The notes beneath the pieces are model-generated. The model did no database searches. It was not told the DNA's origin and was given only the letters and a program-made list of their open reading frames with translations. From positions 602,984 through 666,983 of the forward strand of contig CAWEPZ010000002.1 in the NCBI GenBank assembly GCA_963811105.1: a stretch of 64,000 bases of DNA. Reading direction: 5' to 3'. The position numbers were made by a program, and so were the translations under genes. Below are positions 53,739-63,729 of this stretch, piece after piece. The stretch comes from Candidatus Bathyarchaeota archaeon. Its GTDB lineage: Archaea; Thermoproteota; Bathyarchaeia; Bathyarchaeales; Bathycorpusculaceae. Positions within the stretch are counted from its first letter, which is position 1. Each line of letters begins with the position of its first letter.

Positions 53739-54042
53739 TGTAATCTCTCACCCGAAACTTATGTATTAAGACATTGTTAGGATTATCTTATTAAGACTTA
53801 TGTAATGGGCAAATCCCTGGTTGAGCCGTTAAATTGTCTGCCGGAAATTTGCTTATTATCAGACTTTCCCTGTTCAGAGTCAATCCAACATGCGTTGAAA
53901 AGAGCGGTTGGAGGACACCTGAGTTTGAAGCCCCGCGTTTATTGCATCTTCAAAATTGTCCACTATGCTTGTTCATTGGAAGCTGCCTATTTTCTTCAAG
54001 CAAACTGTTGTTTGGGTCAATTTCTGAAATTTAGCAACAAGG

Positions 54043-54212
54043 TGGCGCGCCTGGTTGTTCCGATATTGGTTAAAAGTGGTCATAATTCGCCTTTAGGTTT
54101 CAGCAGCCTGCTTGCATTCACCGTTCAGAGTACATGCTTTGATATATGGCTTAAACGCGAAAAGCGTACTTTTAACCATTTTTAACCATTTTAGGATCAC
54201 GCATGCGCGCTA
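54043..54212. mobile_element. MITE-like element 2, opposite orientation
   Basis: Left end TGGCGCGCCTGGTTGTTCCGATA; right end TTTAGGATCACGCATGCGCGCTA (22/23 to the reverse complement of element 1 left end). Confidence 0.6.
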
Positions 54213-54330
54213 TAAGGTCCGCAGTCTAATGCGGGTCACGATTCATTCGTTAATTTGCTTGATTGCTATGCTTCTTAATGCTGTGGCCGCCGTTAGGTTG
54301 AAGATTGCAGAGAAGGCTCGGTTAATTACT

Positions 54331-54945
54331 TTACTCGCGAAATGAGCAAGATAAACACGATAAAGGTAATTTAGCAACGCATTGGTGGGTTTGAGGATCA
54401 CTTCGGATCGCGCCACGGCCCACCATTATCTTGACAGATTTTTTCTTTGCCAGGACACGGCGCACCATTAAGCCGATAAAGATGCCCAATCCGGTAGAGA
54501 TTAGTAGCGATAACCCAATTGACCCAAGTAATGGTGCGGTAAACCCCCATAAGGCGTAAATTGAACTGATAAGAATCGTCGGAAGCAGTCCTAGGAAGGC
54601 TGCCAAAGGTATGGCTGCCATCAATTTGATGGGTTGGGATTGGCTGGTCAATCGACCAATGAGCAATCCTTCTAACCCCCCGCAGGCCGCGAAAATGAGT
54701 AGATCCCAACTGCCACCCCCGCTTATGGCAATACCTAAGGTTAGCCCTGCGCCACCGGCGAGGAGACCTGTACCGGAACCAAAAGCTACTGCTACAGCTG
54801 CCAACATGATCTGGAACGGAATGACTAGGCCACCCAATAAGGAGTATTGCGTGATTAAGGTGCTGGAAAACAGCGCCGCGAGGATGACAATGGCAATGTC
54901 CCAACGTGCGCGTAGGATGGGCGCTTGGTCTAAACCTTTTTCCAT
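54331..54945 (-). CDS. Membrane protein, ECF S-component-like
   Basis: AVAFGSGTGLLAGGAG, GLLIG; about 5 TM; visibly GC-richer than its flanks. Confidence 0.6.
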   Translation of the reverse strand: MEKGLDQAPILRARWDIAIVILAALFSSTLITQYSLLGGLVIPFQIMLAAVAVAFGSGTGLLAGGAGLTLGIAISGGGSWDLLIFAACGGLEGLLIGRLTSQSQPIKLMAAIPLAAFLGLLPTILISSIYALWGFTAPLLGSIGLSLLISTGLGIFIGLMVRRVLAKKKSVKIMVGRGAIRSDPQTHQCVAKLPLSCLSCSFRE

Positions 54946-54971
54946 AGCTGTCCCCTTAGCGTATCCATATA

Positions 54972-55178
54972 TCAGGGCAAAACCGCTGATGAAAACAAGG
55001 ATCCAGAAAAAACTGTCGGGTTCCAGTAGAATGTTGTTGGTTCACTCCATGTAGCTCCTCCATTATTGGAGTATTGGTAGGTGTTTCCGCTGTCAGCCTG
55101 CATTATGGAACCCAGAAAAATCGCAAAAATAAGGCCGATACTGAAACAGATGATAGCTATGGAGTATCGAGCTCGCAT
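54972..55178 (-). CDS. Small membrane/secreted protein or fragment
   Basis: N-terminal TM, YSNNGGATWS (Asp-box-like). Confidence 0.45.
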   Translation of the reverse strand: MRARYSIAIICFSIGLIFAIFLGSIMQADSGNTYQYSNNGGATWSEPTTFYWNPTVFSGSLFSSAVLP

Positions 55179-55599
55179 GCTGGCTCACACAGAATAATTG
55201 AGTAAAGCTAATTTAAGCTTTGTGCGCATAAGCGCTGAATAACTCGTTTTTGGTTTGTTTCTTTGAATGGGACGCTTTTTGGGGGTTAGTATAGCGCGGC
55301 GCGTTCGTGAGGGAGAGCGTCGTTGTGTTCGTTCGCGTTCACATCCGAGAGAGAGAGAGAAAAAGATTAGATTTTAATCCAACCAACCAGCGGAAATCCA
55401 TCTTGAATTGGCTTCTGCAAGGACTCTTCAAAGCATATACACGATTCAGACCATAGTTTATGCATGAATATGAAAAGAGGGGGGTAGTAGTAAAATCAGA
55501 GTCAATATAGGATAAGAGCTATGCGAGATGTTTTTTCAAAAACTAAATGCGCGTCCAATAACAAAAGGGTTTTATTAATTGAGACTCAAAAGTGATGCG

Positions 55600-56712
55600 A
55601 TGAAAACTATTCATAAAGTCATCTTCGGAAATGCTAAAAACATGAAAGATGTTAAAGATGGTTCTATTGACCTAATGGTTACATCTCCCCCTTACCCAAT
55701 GATTGAGATGTGGGATGAGATTTTTTCAAAACAGAATCCAGCCATAGGTGAAGCTCTAACAAAAGAAGACGGAAACAGAGCTTTTGAGTTAATGAATAAA
55801 GAACTTGATAAAGGCTGGAAAGAGGTATATAGAGTTCTCATAGATGGTGGATTTGCCTGCATAAATATTGGGAACGCTACAAGAAAAATAGGCGAAGAGT
55901 TCAAATTATATTCCAATCATTCACGGATACTCGAATACTGTATTAAGTTAGGTTTCAGTTCCTTACCCGAGATTTTATGGCGAAAGCAGACAAATGCTCC
56001 CAACAAGTTCATGGGGTCAGGGATGTTACCTGCTGGAGCCTATGTGACTTTGGAACACGAACACATTTTGGTTTTACGGAAGGGAAATAAACGAGAGTTC
56101 AAAACAAAAGAGGATAAGTTAAGACGACAAAAAAGCGCATTTTTCTGGGAAGAACGAAACATTTGGTTCTCAGACATTTGGGAAGATTTGAAAGGAACAA
56201 AACAAAACAGCATAGACAAAAAGATAAGGGAACGAAGTGGCGCTTATCCATTTGAGTTAGCTTATCGATTAATCAATATGTTTTCTCTAAGAGAAGACAC
56301 TGTGTTAGACCCTTTTCTGGGGACTGGAACAACTACAATCGCTGCAATGGCTACGGGGAGAAATAGTATTGGAGTTGAAATAGACCCTAATTTCAAGAAA
56401 CATCTTTTCTTGAGATTCAGAAATGCTATTGATTTTTCAAATGGGATTTTAGAAAATAGAATGCTAGCACATCTAAGTTTTGTCCGAGAAAGAATTAAAA
56501 CAAAGGGCAGATTAGGTTATGCTAGTAAGGTTTATGGATTTCCTGTTATGACCAGTCAAGAAACTGAAATAACGTTTGACGAATTAAGCAAAATCAAAGA
56601 GAAAGAGAATGAGGTTGACGTTGAATACAAAGAGATGCCCACATTTCAATTTGGAAAAGGCGCTCTGCTTCAAAAAGGCAAATTGTTGAGGGATTGGCTT
56701 CGCTCAGATTAG
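55600..56712 (+). CDS. N4-cytosine DNA methyltransferase, beta class (M.MjaI/M.MthZI-like)
   Basis: VTSPPYPMIEMWD before VLDPFLGTGTT; GSGMLPAGAYVTLEHE. Confidence 0.9.
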   Translation: MKTIHKVIFGNAKNMKDVKDGSIDLMVTSPPYPMIEMWDEIFSKQNPAIGEALTKEDGNRAFELMNKELDKGWKEVYRVLIDGGFACINIGNATRKIGEEFKLYSNHSRILEYCIKLGFSSLPEILWRKQTNAPNKFMGSGMLPAGAYVTLEHEHILVLRKGNKREFKTKEDKLRRQKSAFFWEERNIWFSDIWEDLKGTKQNSIDKKIRERSGAYPFELAYRLINMFSLREDTVLDPFLGTGTTTIAAMATGRNSIGVEIDPNFKKHLFLRFRNAIDFSNGILENRMLAHLSFVRERIKTKGRLGYASKVYGFPVMTSQETEITFDELSKIKEKENEVDVEYKEMPTFQFGKGALLQKGKLLRDWLRSD

Positions 56713-56834
56713 AAATCGTATTCTACCCTAATTCCATCTTTCAGTTTCTCATAATAAATTAGCTTAACATTAATTTTTTCGTGCAACATGCTCTTGGTCT
56801 TGTAGGTAATAGGTTTAATCGAAACGGGCAGCAA
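56709..56834 (-). pseudogene. C-terminal remnant of MjaI-family restriction endonuclease
   Basis: LPVSIKPITYKTKSMLHEKINVKLIYYEKLKDGIRVEYDF*, convergent with and overlapping the methylase stop. Confidence 0.7.
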
Positions 56835-56835
56835 G

Positions 56836-58173
56836 TTAAGTAGCCACTAAGCCGCGCTTGCGTTTCTTGAAGTAAACAAACACCCCAGCGCCCACAACAA
56901 CTGTGACAACAACGGCAGCAAATGCAACAAGAACGGGCTCAGTCTTCGGCAATACAACGATGCCATCTTCAATGTCGTAAGGAGCCATTAGCGGGTAATT
57001 GTCTTTGCCAGAAACAAAACTCACAAATCCATCGACCTTGGTGTCCCATTTATACCCATTTACTATGTATGGAGCATCGCCTATGCCGTCTCTATTGCCG
57101 TCTGTCCCATTATAATCGGCCCAGTAGTTACCTATGGTCCCGTTATCCCATTTGTTGCCCTCTACGCCATTATCAATGTGGATCTTGCAGGAGTTTGCTG
57201 TGAGGGTGTTGCCATAAAACGTGTTGTTTACGGCTCCTTCTTGAAGAGCTATAGCAAACCCGTTATTTGCCATGTAGTTGCCATAGATGGTGTTGTTTGA
57301 GCAACTAAAAACAGTGCGAATAGCTTGGTTAACGAACCCTGTTATTTTGTTTCCAAAGATTAGGTTATTAGAACAATCTCTAAAGAGAGCTATGCCTTCG
57401 CTGCCTTTGTATGCAGGTCCAGTAATGTTGTTTCTGGCAATTATGTTCGAGTCCGCTTTATCAAGTGTTATCGGGAGCGATCCTTCGATTTTGTTGTCTG
57501 AGATTACGTTTGATGAGCCTTCGATGTGTATGCTGCCGTCTATGCCGCCGGTTACGTCGATTATAGTATTTCCTCGGATTATGTTGTTTGTGCCGTTGCA
57601 GATGATGGCTGAACCTTGGATGCTGGAGAAGTTGTTGTTTTCAATTATGACCTGTGAAGAGTCTTTGATTGCTACTCCTAGGGAGGCGTCCATGTACGCG
57701 GTTTCGTTGGTGAACATATTGCCGATGATGCTGATATGTAAAGAATTGGCGATCCTAACTCCCGTGGTACACTTTTCAATAGTTAAGTGTGTGAGGGTAA
57801 CGTTGTTTCGTCCCACTACTATTATGCCATTGTTTCCGGCGTCTTGCGAGCGGGGTGCGCTTCCCACCCAGCTTTCATTTCCCCGAATCAAATAGTCGGA
57901 ACCATCGAGGATAATATTGTCGCGTTGAATTTCAATCGTGCGAAGAGCAATACTGTTGGTGAGTTTGTAGAGGTTGCCTGTTTTCTCGATGGGCGCCGTT
58001 GCTGGTTCTATGGTCCCGTCGTTTCTTATGTAAATTCGTTGGAGATCAGGCCCAGGGTTTGGAAAGAAGTTAGCATTCGCCTCTTGGAGAGGTTGAATTG
58101 CAGCCACAGCTAGGATTACAAAGAGAATGATGATTGATAAGTCGAGCAGCTTGATTTTCTTATGTATAGTCAT
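56836..58173 (-). CDS. NosD/CASH right-handed beta-helix surface protein
   Basis: IYIRNDGTI, IQRDNIILDG, N.I..N.I repeats, GNYWADYNGTDGNRDGIGDAPY, DNYPLM, TM plus KKRK. Confidence 0.9.
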   Translation of the reverse strand: MTIHKKIKLLDLSIIILFVILAVAAIQPLQEANANFFPNPGPDLQRIYIRNDGTIEPATAPIEKTGNLYKLTNSIALRTIEIQRDNIILDGSDYLIRGNESWVGSAPRSQDAGNNGIIVVGRNNVTLTHLTIEKCTTGVRIANSLHISIIGNMFTNETAYMDASLGVAIKDSSQVIIENNNFSSIQGSAIICNGTNNIIRGNTIIDVTGGIDGSIHIEGSSNVISDNKIEGSLPITLDKADSNIIARNNITGPAYKGSEGIALFRDCSNNLIFGNKITGFVNQAIRTVFSCSNNTIYGNYMANNGFAIALQEGAVNNTFYGNTLTANSCKIHIDNGVEGNKWDNGTIGNYWADYNGTDGNRDGIGDAPYIVNGYKWDTKVDGFVSFVSGKDNYPLMAPYDIEDGIVVLPKTEPVLVAFAAVVVTVVVGAGVFVYFKKRKRGLVAT

Positions 58174-58408
58174 TAGGTTTTTACTCCTTTAGACTGGTTT
58201 AAAAGGGTAATCGTCAAGATTTCTTGACTGATTGGGTCAACCCGTTAGTCAAACTTTCTTGACTAAATCATCCACCGTAGAATTGCGTTTCTTGAAGTCA
58301 ATTAACAGCTAACAGCCGGTACAACTAATGCTGACATCCAGTATCAGTTGCGGTTAAACGTTGTTCGAAGCCCGCCTAAAGGAGTTAACGATAACCAGCT
58401 AGAGTAGG

Positions 58409-59581
58409 TTAACCGACGCACCAACCGAACCGTTTCACGTCAACTGGCGAGACTTTCTCATCTATCATCAGGTCACGCAAGCATACGGGGTCAGTTTCCA
58501 AGAAGTCTCCCGTGCAGGCATAGGCTCTGCCTCGGCATCCTCCGCATGTTTCACGATACTCGCAGGTTCCGCATTTCCCTTTCAAGACGCTTCTTTGTCT
58601 GAGTGTATTGAGCGTTTTTGAGTTGCGCCAAATATCGATTAGGCTCTGCTCTCGGATGTTTCCGACTTTTATCGGCAGAAAAGTGCATGGGTAAACGTCT
58701 CCGTTTGGACGTAGGCTAAAGTAGAATATTCCAGCATGACACCCGACCGCATTGTGTATCCAGAACGCCTTAAGCAGCAAATCTTTAGGTTTGCTGTCGT
58801 GTGCTTTGTGCATTTCCAAGGCGATTTCTGGGTAAAGCGGTTGACCGCCTGACATGGTGAAAACCATTTCTGATTCTTCCTGCTTTGCCTGCAAGTACCG
58901 TATCAGGCTGACCCGCTGCTCATCAGTCATCGCTTGATCCATCATGGCTTTTCCTCTGCCGACTGGAACCAAATCGTAAACTGCAACTTCGTCTACGCCC
59001 AAATTTTCTAAAAACTCGATGCGCTTCGGCATCTCTTCACAGGTGTCTTTAAGCGCCATAGTGGTAACGATAACTTCTAGATCCATGTCGATGCAGGCTT
59101 TGATTGCCGCTACCCCTTTTTCAAAGCTGCCCTTTACGTTTCTGAGTTTGTCATGAGTTTCAGGGTAAACTGAATCAATAGGTATGCCGATTGCTTTGAT
59201 TCCTGAATCACGGAGTTCCAAAGCTACTCTGTGGTTCATTAACATTCCATTAGACAGCATTGCTGTTATGATTCCTCTGTCGTCGCAGTATTGGGCAAGT
59301 GTTAAAACGAATTCTTTTCTTAGAAGAGGTTCGCCGCCGCTGAAAATCAAAGCCTCAGTTCCAAGGGTCTTCATCTCGTCAATGGCGTGCATTGCTTCTT
59401 TAACGTTAAGCTCATCTGACATGGCTTCCCGCGCTGAAACATGGCAGTGAAGACAACTGAGGTTACAGGCTTTGGTTACAGCGAAAGATACGATAAGGGG
59501 CGTGTTGATGGTTCCTTCTAAACCCTTGCCTAAAAGTTTCTGCCGAAGCATCAATTCGAGCATTTTAAGTCCAGTTCCCAC
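58409..59581 (-). CDS. Radical SAM/SPASM domain protein
   Basis: CNLSCLHC, SGGEPLL, CHAG...NGDVYPC, GNIR, CGTC...CGGCRGRAY, DPVC. Confidence 0.93.
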   Translation of the reverse strand: MGTGLKMLELMLRQKLLGKGLEGTINTPLIVSFAVTKACNLSCLHCHVSAREAMSDELNVKEAMHAIDEMKTLGTEALIFSGGEPLLRKEFVLTLAQYCDDRGIITAMLSNGMLMNHRVALELRDSGIKAIGIPIDSVYPETHDKLRNVKGSFEKGVAAIKACIDMDLEVIVTTMALKDTCEEMPKRIEFLENLGVDEVAVYDLVPVGRGKAMMDQAMTDEQRVSLIRYLQAKQEESEMVFTMSGGQPLYPEIALEMHKAHDSKPKDLLLKAFWIHNAVGCHAGIFYFSLRPNGDVYPCTFLPIKVGNIREQSLIDIWRNSKTLNTLRQRSVLKGKCGTCEYRETCGGCRGRAYACTGDFLETDPVCLRDLMIDEKVSPVDVKRFGWCVG

Positions 59582-59617
59582 TTTACCTCACCGTTTTCAT
59601 GTCTAAAGTTTGATTGT

Positions 59618-60563
59618 TTAGACTCTGGGTCGAATAAGCCATAACTGAATCAATCTACGCAACAACCATGCAAATGCAAAGACGACTGAAACTACGATTA
59701 TCACAACCATCATGTTTGATCCAATGTCAAATGCTGCTTCGCTAACTTTTGGCGGAGACAAGTCAGTTAAAGTAATATCTTGAATCGATGCGAATCCATC
59801 ATGCCCAACGTAGTATTCTGTCCCATTGACTATGTTTCCCTGAGGATTTTCAACGCCGTGGAGCACGTCAACACTTTGTACGTACCCATTAATGTAAAGG
59901 TGTATGCCTGTGGAAGTGCGGGTAAACTCGATTTGTACCCATTGGTTTAGCGGAACTGGCTGAGTAGTTACTATCTCGTTGAATCCTCCACTGTCGGTTA
60001 ACACGAAACCGCTAAGTGCTCCTTGAACGTAGTTTTCGCCGCTTGCAGGATCACCTGCTCTTATGGCTAACCCGAGGACTCTGGTAGTGTTCTGCCAAGC
60101 GGCAGCTTGATCTGGATGGTTAGCTTTGACCAAGATGTTGTTGTAGGTTTCGTTTTTGTATCCTGGAACTTTAATCCATGCGGTGATGTCAACGTATTTT
60201 TGTATGTCAAGATTCGGTGAAATTGGAATGTAGATTGGTTGAGGTGTTGGAGGAAAGCCAACTATGAATTTTATGGGTATGTAGATGAAGTTTTGCCCGT
60301 CAAACTGCATTGCCTTGCCAAATTTGCCGTCCACGAGTGTGGGTTGGGGTGTACCAGCTACGATGCCTGAGTTTACGCCTGTCTTGTCGGGAGTTATAGT
60401 GTTGTAACCGCTTGCTTGGACTTCATTTAGCGGCCAGTTGCCAACAACGGTTCCGCTGTTTTGCGCCTCAACACCCGTCAGTAAAATTAGGCTTATAGTT
60501 GTCAGCTAATAGGCATATTATTAAAATCTTTACCATGCTATTGTTAACTTTCTTAATTCTCAT
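59618..60563 (-). CDS. LamG/concanavalin-like surface protein (one +1 frameshift in signal peptide)
   Basis: VVGNWPLNE, GKFGKAMQFDG, ITAWIK, LNQW, LYING; signal peptide joined by removing one base at ~60506. Confidence 0.85.
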
Positions 60564-60792
60564 TGCTACCACATCTGACTGTATAGATTACGCAACAGGC
60601 ATATTACTCTCCCCAAGGAACAGACTGTTCCGCTAAAAGAACACTCAAAGTCAAAGTTTCTTGACCTAATCTGACTGGTTGTTTTATGGTTTTTCAAAAT
60701 GCATTCTGGACAAGCAGTACCAACGTCAAAGTTGCAGATGGATTAACGCTTTTAGCTAAATCAACAGGCAAGATAAGAAATCCGCAAACAGA

Positions 60793-61437
60793 CTATGTAA
60801 ATCCTGAAGTGGAATTTAGCATAAAGCAGTTCTCGTTGTTATTCCAAACAAATATTTCGCTATTTGCTGTACTAATGTAAAGAGGCTCTTCATATCTGTT
60901 GGATTCCAAAGAAGTTGAGAATAGGAAGCCAGTTACATTGTCATCGATTCTAAAAACAACAGGCTTTTTATTACTATCCCGTGGCAAGCCCGATTCTGAA
61001 AGAGAGAATAGAACTTTCACGGTCTTATTATTCAATTGAACATAATCTTGACCACTTGAAGTCGGAAAAGAAGCGTTTTGTGCTTTCAGAATAACATAGA
61101 AGTCAACAGCCTTATTACCCATATTTTGACTATAAAGAGAAATTGTATTATTCTCGCTAAGATAGGCTCTTGCGGAGCCATTATTGTCTAATCCAAAATT
61201 CACAATTGCTTGTGTGTAAACATCATTTATTTGGGAAAATAGCAAAACAACAAAAAGCGCGAATATGCAATAAACCAAAAGGTTTCTCTTTTTGCGATAC
61301 CTTCTCAATGAAGGGAAAGCTAACAGTAAGACAACAAAAACAATTGCAACGACTATTATCCCGATGAAATATGAAATTGACACTGATGAAGGTGCAGCAA
61401 ACGCAAGAGGTAAGGGCAACGAGTTACCAAACGTCAT
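60793..61437 (-). CDS. Membrane protein with extracellular domain
   Basis: Two N-terminal TM segments then a beta-rich domain; SD GGGAG before ATG. Confidence 0.7.
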   Translation of the reverse strand: MTFGNSLPLPLAFAAPSSVSISYFIGIIVVAIVFVVLLLAFPSLRRYRKKRNLLVYCIFALFVVLLFSQINDVYTQAIVNFGLDNNGSARAYLSENNTISLYSQNMGNKAVDFYVILKAQNASFPTSSGQDYVQLNNKTVKVLFSLSESGLPRDSNKKPVVFRIDDNVTGFLFSTSLESNRYEEPLYISTANSEIFVWNNNENCFMLNSTSGFT

Positions 61438-61440
61438 ATG

Positions 61441-62763
61441 TCAGTCTCCCTTGACTATTATCTTGGCGGTTCTTCGATGCCTTCTTTTTACAATAAGCAC
61501 AATCACTATCGTTAGGGGCACTGCTATTACCGCAATTGCCAAGGTGAGTTGACCCATTAATTGACTATACGATGTGCCGTTGTCAAGTACTGGTAACTCT
61601 TCACCGATGATAGCAACATTGGATGTTGCACTGGTGATCTTTAGTTGATTATTGCTTTCTAAAGACCATCCATCATTATTTGCTTTGTTTACACCGTCTA
61701 TGTAAACGGTCCAATTGAATGCACTGAGATGGAATGGAAATTTGAAGACTTGGCTACCAGTTCCTTGAACAGTGTAATTTAGTTCTGGCATTGAATGCCA
61801 AGTGAGAGGACTAATGCCTGTGATTGTAATGCTACAGTTTTCAACAGAAACTCCAAAATTCGCTGGATAATGAGCTTGTAGTATGTAAGGCAGAACATCT
61901 CTGCCCGTCACGTTTGAAGCGAACTTCCCAGCATTGATGACATAATTATTCAGAGTTAAGTTAATGAAATTGTAAGTATCGCCATCAATATTGGATTGGT
62001 CATAAGAACCATCTGTTGCAAAGTTGATTGTCCCGTTGGTCGAAGGTATTTGAAAACGGTCAGCAGAAGTGAAAATTTTCAGAGCCGGTTCTGCGGTTGG
62101 AAGAGGAGCTAAAGACGAATAGTCTGGTACGTCGTCAACCCCGATTTCAACATTTGAATTTTCTTCTGAAGTGTTTATTGTTAACTCTTTAGAGGCGTAG
62201 GAGTAATTCCAACAGTCACCTATTTGCTTAGTTTCCCCGTTAATTCTTACAGTCCACTCAACCCATCGTGCCGAATCTGAAAAGAGGGCATTTACAAAAA
62301 GAGTTTGAGTTCCTGATCCCTTCACAGAATAGCCTAACCATTGATACGCTACTTCGCTGTAAACAAGGGTAGGCGCTTCTTGAAGTTTCCCTATTATTAC
62401 TGAACAATTTTTTGCCGAAATGTACAGATTGCCCTGAATAGATGTGTAGCCTTGGCTGTTACTTTTTAGCCCCGTGAAAAACCATGTGTTATTTTCAAAT
62501 TTTACTGTTTTGTAGTTTACATTTGAATATAATCCAATTTGGCTATTTAACGCAGGTATATCAAATGTTACAAGTGAAGGATGTGGAAAAGAAGAAGAAT
62601 TATCTGGTGTGGCATATTGAATCTCTGAATTAAATCCCGAAGGGGTTGAGACAGATGTAAATGGAATAGCTGCGTGTGCTTTGATAGGATACATAGCAGC
62701 GGATAATGTTATAATAAATACACAAAAGGTCACTGACTGAATTGCAAATTTCTTGAAGTTCAA
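61441..62763 (-). CDS. Surface protein with an internal duplication and C-terminal anchor
   Basis: Two repeats: ISAKNCSVII..YSVKGSGTQ..WTVRING and VSVENCSITI..YTVQGTGSQ..WTVYIDG. Confidence 0.82.
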   Translation of the reverse strand: MNFKKFAIQSVTFCVFIITLSAAMYPIKAHAAIPFTSVSTPSGFNSEIQYATPDNSSSFPHPSLVTFDIPALNSQIGLYSNVNYKTVKFENNTWFFTGLKSNSQGYTSIQGNLYISAKNCSVIIGKLQEAPTLVYSEVAYQWLGYSVKGSGTQTLFVNALFSDSARWVEWTVRINGETKQIGDCWNYSYASKELTINTSEENSNVEIGVDDVPDYSSLAPLPTAEPALKIFTSADRFQIPSTNGTINFATDGSYDQSNIDGDTYNFINLTLNNYVINAGKFASNVTGRDVLPYILQAHYPANFGVSVENCSITITGISPLTWHSMPELNYTVQGTGSQVFKFPFHLSAFNWTVYIDGVNKANNDGWSLESNNQLKITSATSNVAIIGEELPVLDNGTSYSQLMGQLTLAIAVIAVPLTIVIVLIVKRRHRRTAKIIVKGD

Positions 62764-62867
62764 TCGGCTGCCTCCAGTTTATACTGATTAAGAAAGCGAA
62801 GAGTGATACTTAATGCGATGCTTTAGAACGAACTGTTCTTATTTTAGCACAGGAAAAAAGTCAGCGT

Positions 62868-63161
62868 TTATCCGTGGATTTCTTTGTTGAGCTTTTTTTC
62901 TGAAAAGAACAGAAAAGCAGCGACTACACCTACAACTAAGGCAGCAACCCCAAAGAGTAAGACAGCAATACTGCCGTTTGTTGAAGCCGCCATAGCTTGC
63001 GTTGTAGAGGTAGAAGAAGGCTGAGGTGTAGACTGGTTTTGCAAAATGGTTTGGGGCAAAAAGCTTACCGCGCCTGCCAGCAAGAGAGCTAATGTGATTG
63101 CAAGAATAGGTGCAAGAAGCATTTTCTTGTTTAGCAAGCCCATAACCTCAAACTTTTTCAT
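62868..63161 (-). CDS. Small two-TM membrane protein
   Basis: TM, S/T/Q linker, TM, FSEKKL. Confidence 0.65.
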   Translation of the reverse strand: MKKFEVMGLLNKKMLLAPILAITLALLLAGAVSFLPQTILQNQSTPQPSSTSTTQAMAASTNGSIAVLLFGVAALVVGVVAAFLFFSEKKLNKEIHG

Positions 63162-63306
63162 TTAATAGTTGATGATGAAACGTGTAGTCTGTTATTTAAT
63201 GCTATTTTTCCTCTTTATTGTTCTAATTTTCGAACAGGCACAAATGGCAACATTTGGGGATAGCTCTTAAATTGTTGGCATACTTAGTTTGAGGCTGTGA
63301 AGAGCT

Positions 63307-63729
63307 TTGGCTGGGGACGAATCCAAAGAAGTGCTAAAAGGAACCACTCTTGAAGTCTACCGTTTTCTGCTGAAAAGCACCAAGCCAGTCGGCATACGAG
63401 AGCTTCAAAGAGCGCTCGACCTGAGCAGCTCGTCAGTAGCCACCTATCATCTTTCTAAACTGGAAGATGCAGGTCTCCTAAAAAGACAAGAGGGCGGATT
63501 TAGTGTCAACAAGTTTCTTTTAGAAAACAGTATCAAAATCAGCCGTTTCCTAGTTCCAAGATACTTCTTTTACTCTATCTTTGCCCTCGCTGTTCTCATA
63601 CTTGAGTTGACAATGATGATGCCCGCCTCTCTCTACCGTGAATACATCTTCTCTGTTATCGCAACAGCTGTTTTCGTTTTCTTCTTTGTTTATGAAACAG
63701 CAAAAACCTGGCTTAGAGGGAATTTGTAA
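63307..63729 (+). CDS. Membrane-tethered winged-helix regulator
   Basis: LKGTTLEVY..., GIRELQRALDLSSSSVATYHLSKLEDAGL, then two TM segments. Confidence 0.88.
   Translation: MAGDESKEVLKGTTLEVYRFLLKSTKPVGIRELQRALDLSSSSVATYHLSKLEDAGLLKRQEGGFSVNKFLLENSIKISRFLVPRYFFYSIFALAVLILELTMMMPASLYREYIFSVIATAVFVFFFVYETAKTWLRGNL

Larger units (their letters stand above)
53002..55385. repeat. Identical 21-bp direct repeats GATTAGATTTTAATCCAACCA at 53002-53022 and 55365-55385
   Basis: Exact match read from the sequence. Confidence 0.85.

Noticed and set aside
53805-54345. ORFs 53805-54185 and 54112-54345
   Set aside because: Unprotein-like composition; they run through MITE-like element 2.
55347-55360. (GA)n microsatellite as a phase-variation switch
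   Set aside because: Short, intergenic and not evidently within a promoter or ORF.
52860-55400. CRISPR array or integron attC array
   Set aside because: The repeats are not regularly spaced, no clear RYYYAAC/GTTRRRY pairs bound them, and no cas or intI gene is in the window.
57287-58113. Plus-strand ORFs inside the NosD-like gene
   Set aside because: Antisense shadows of a repetitive beta-helix gene.
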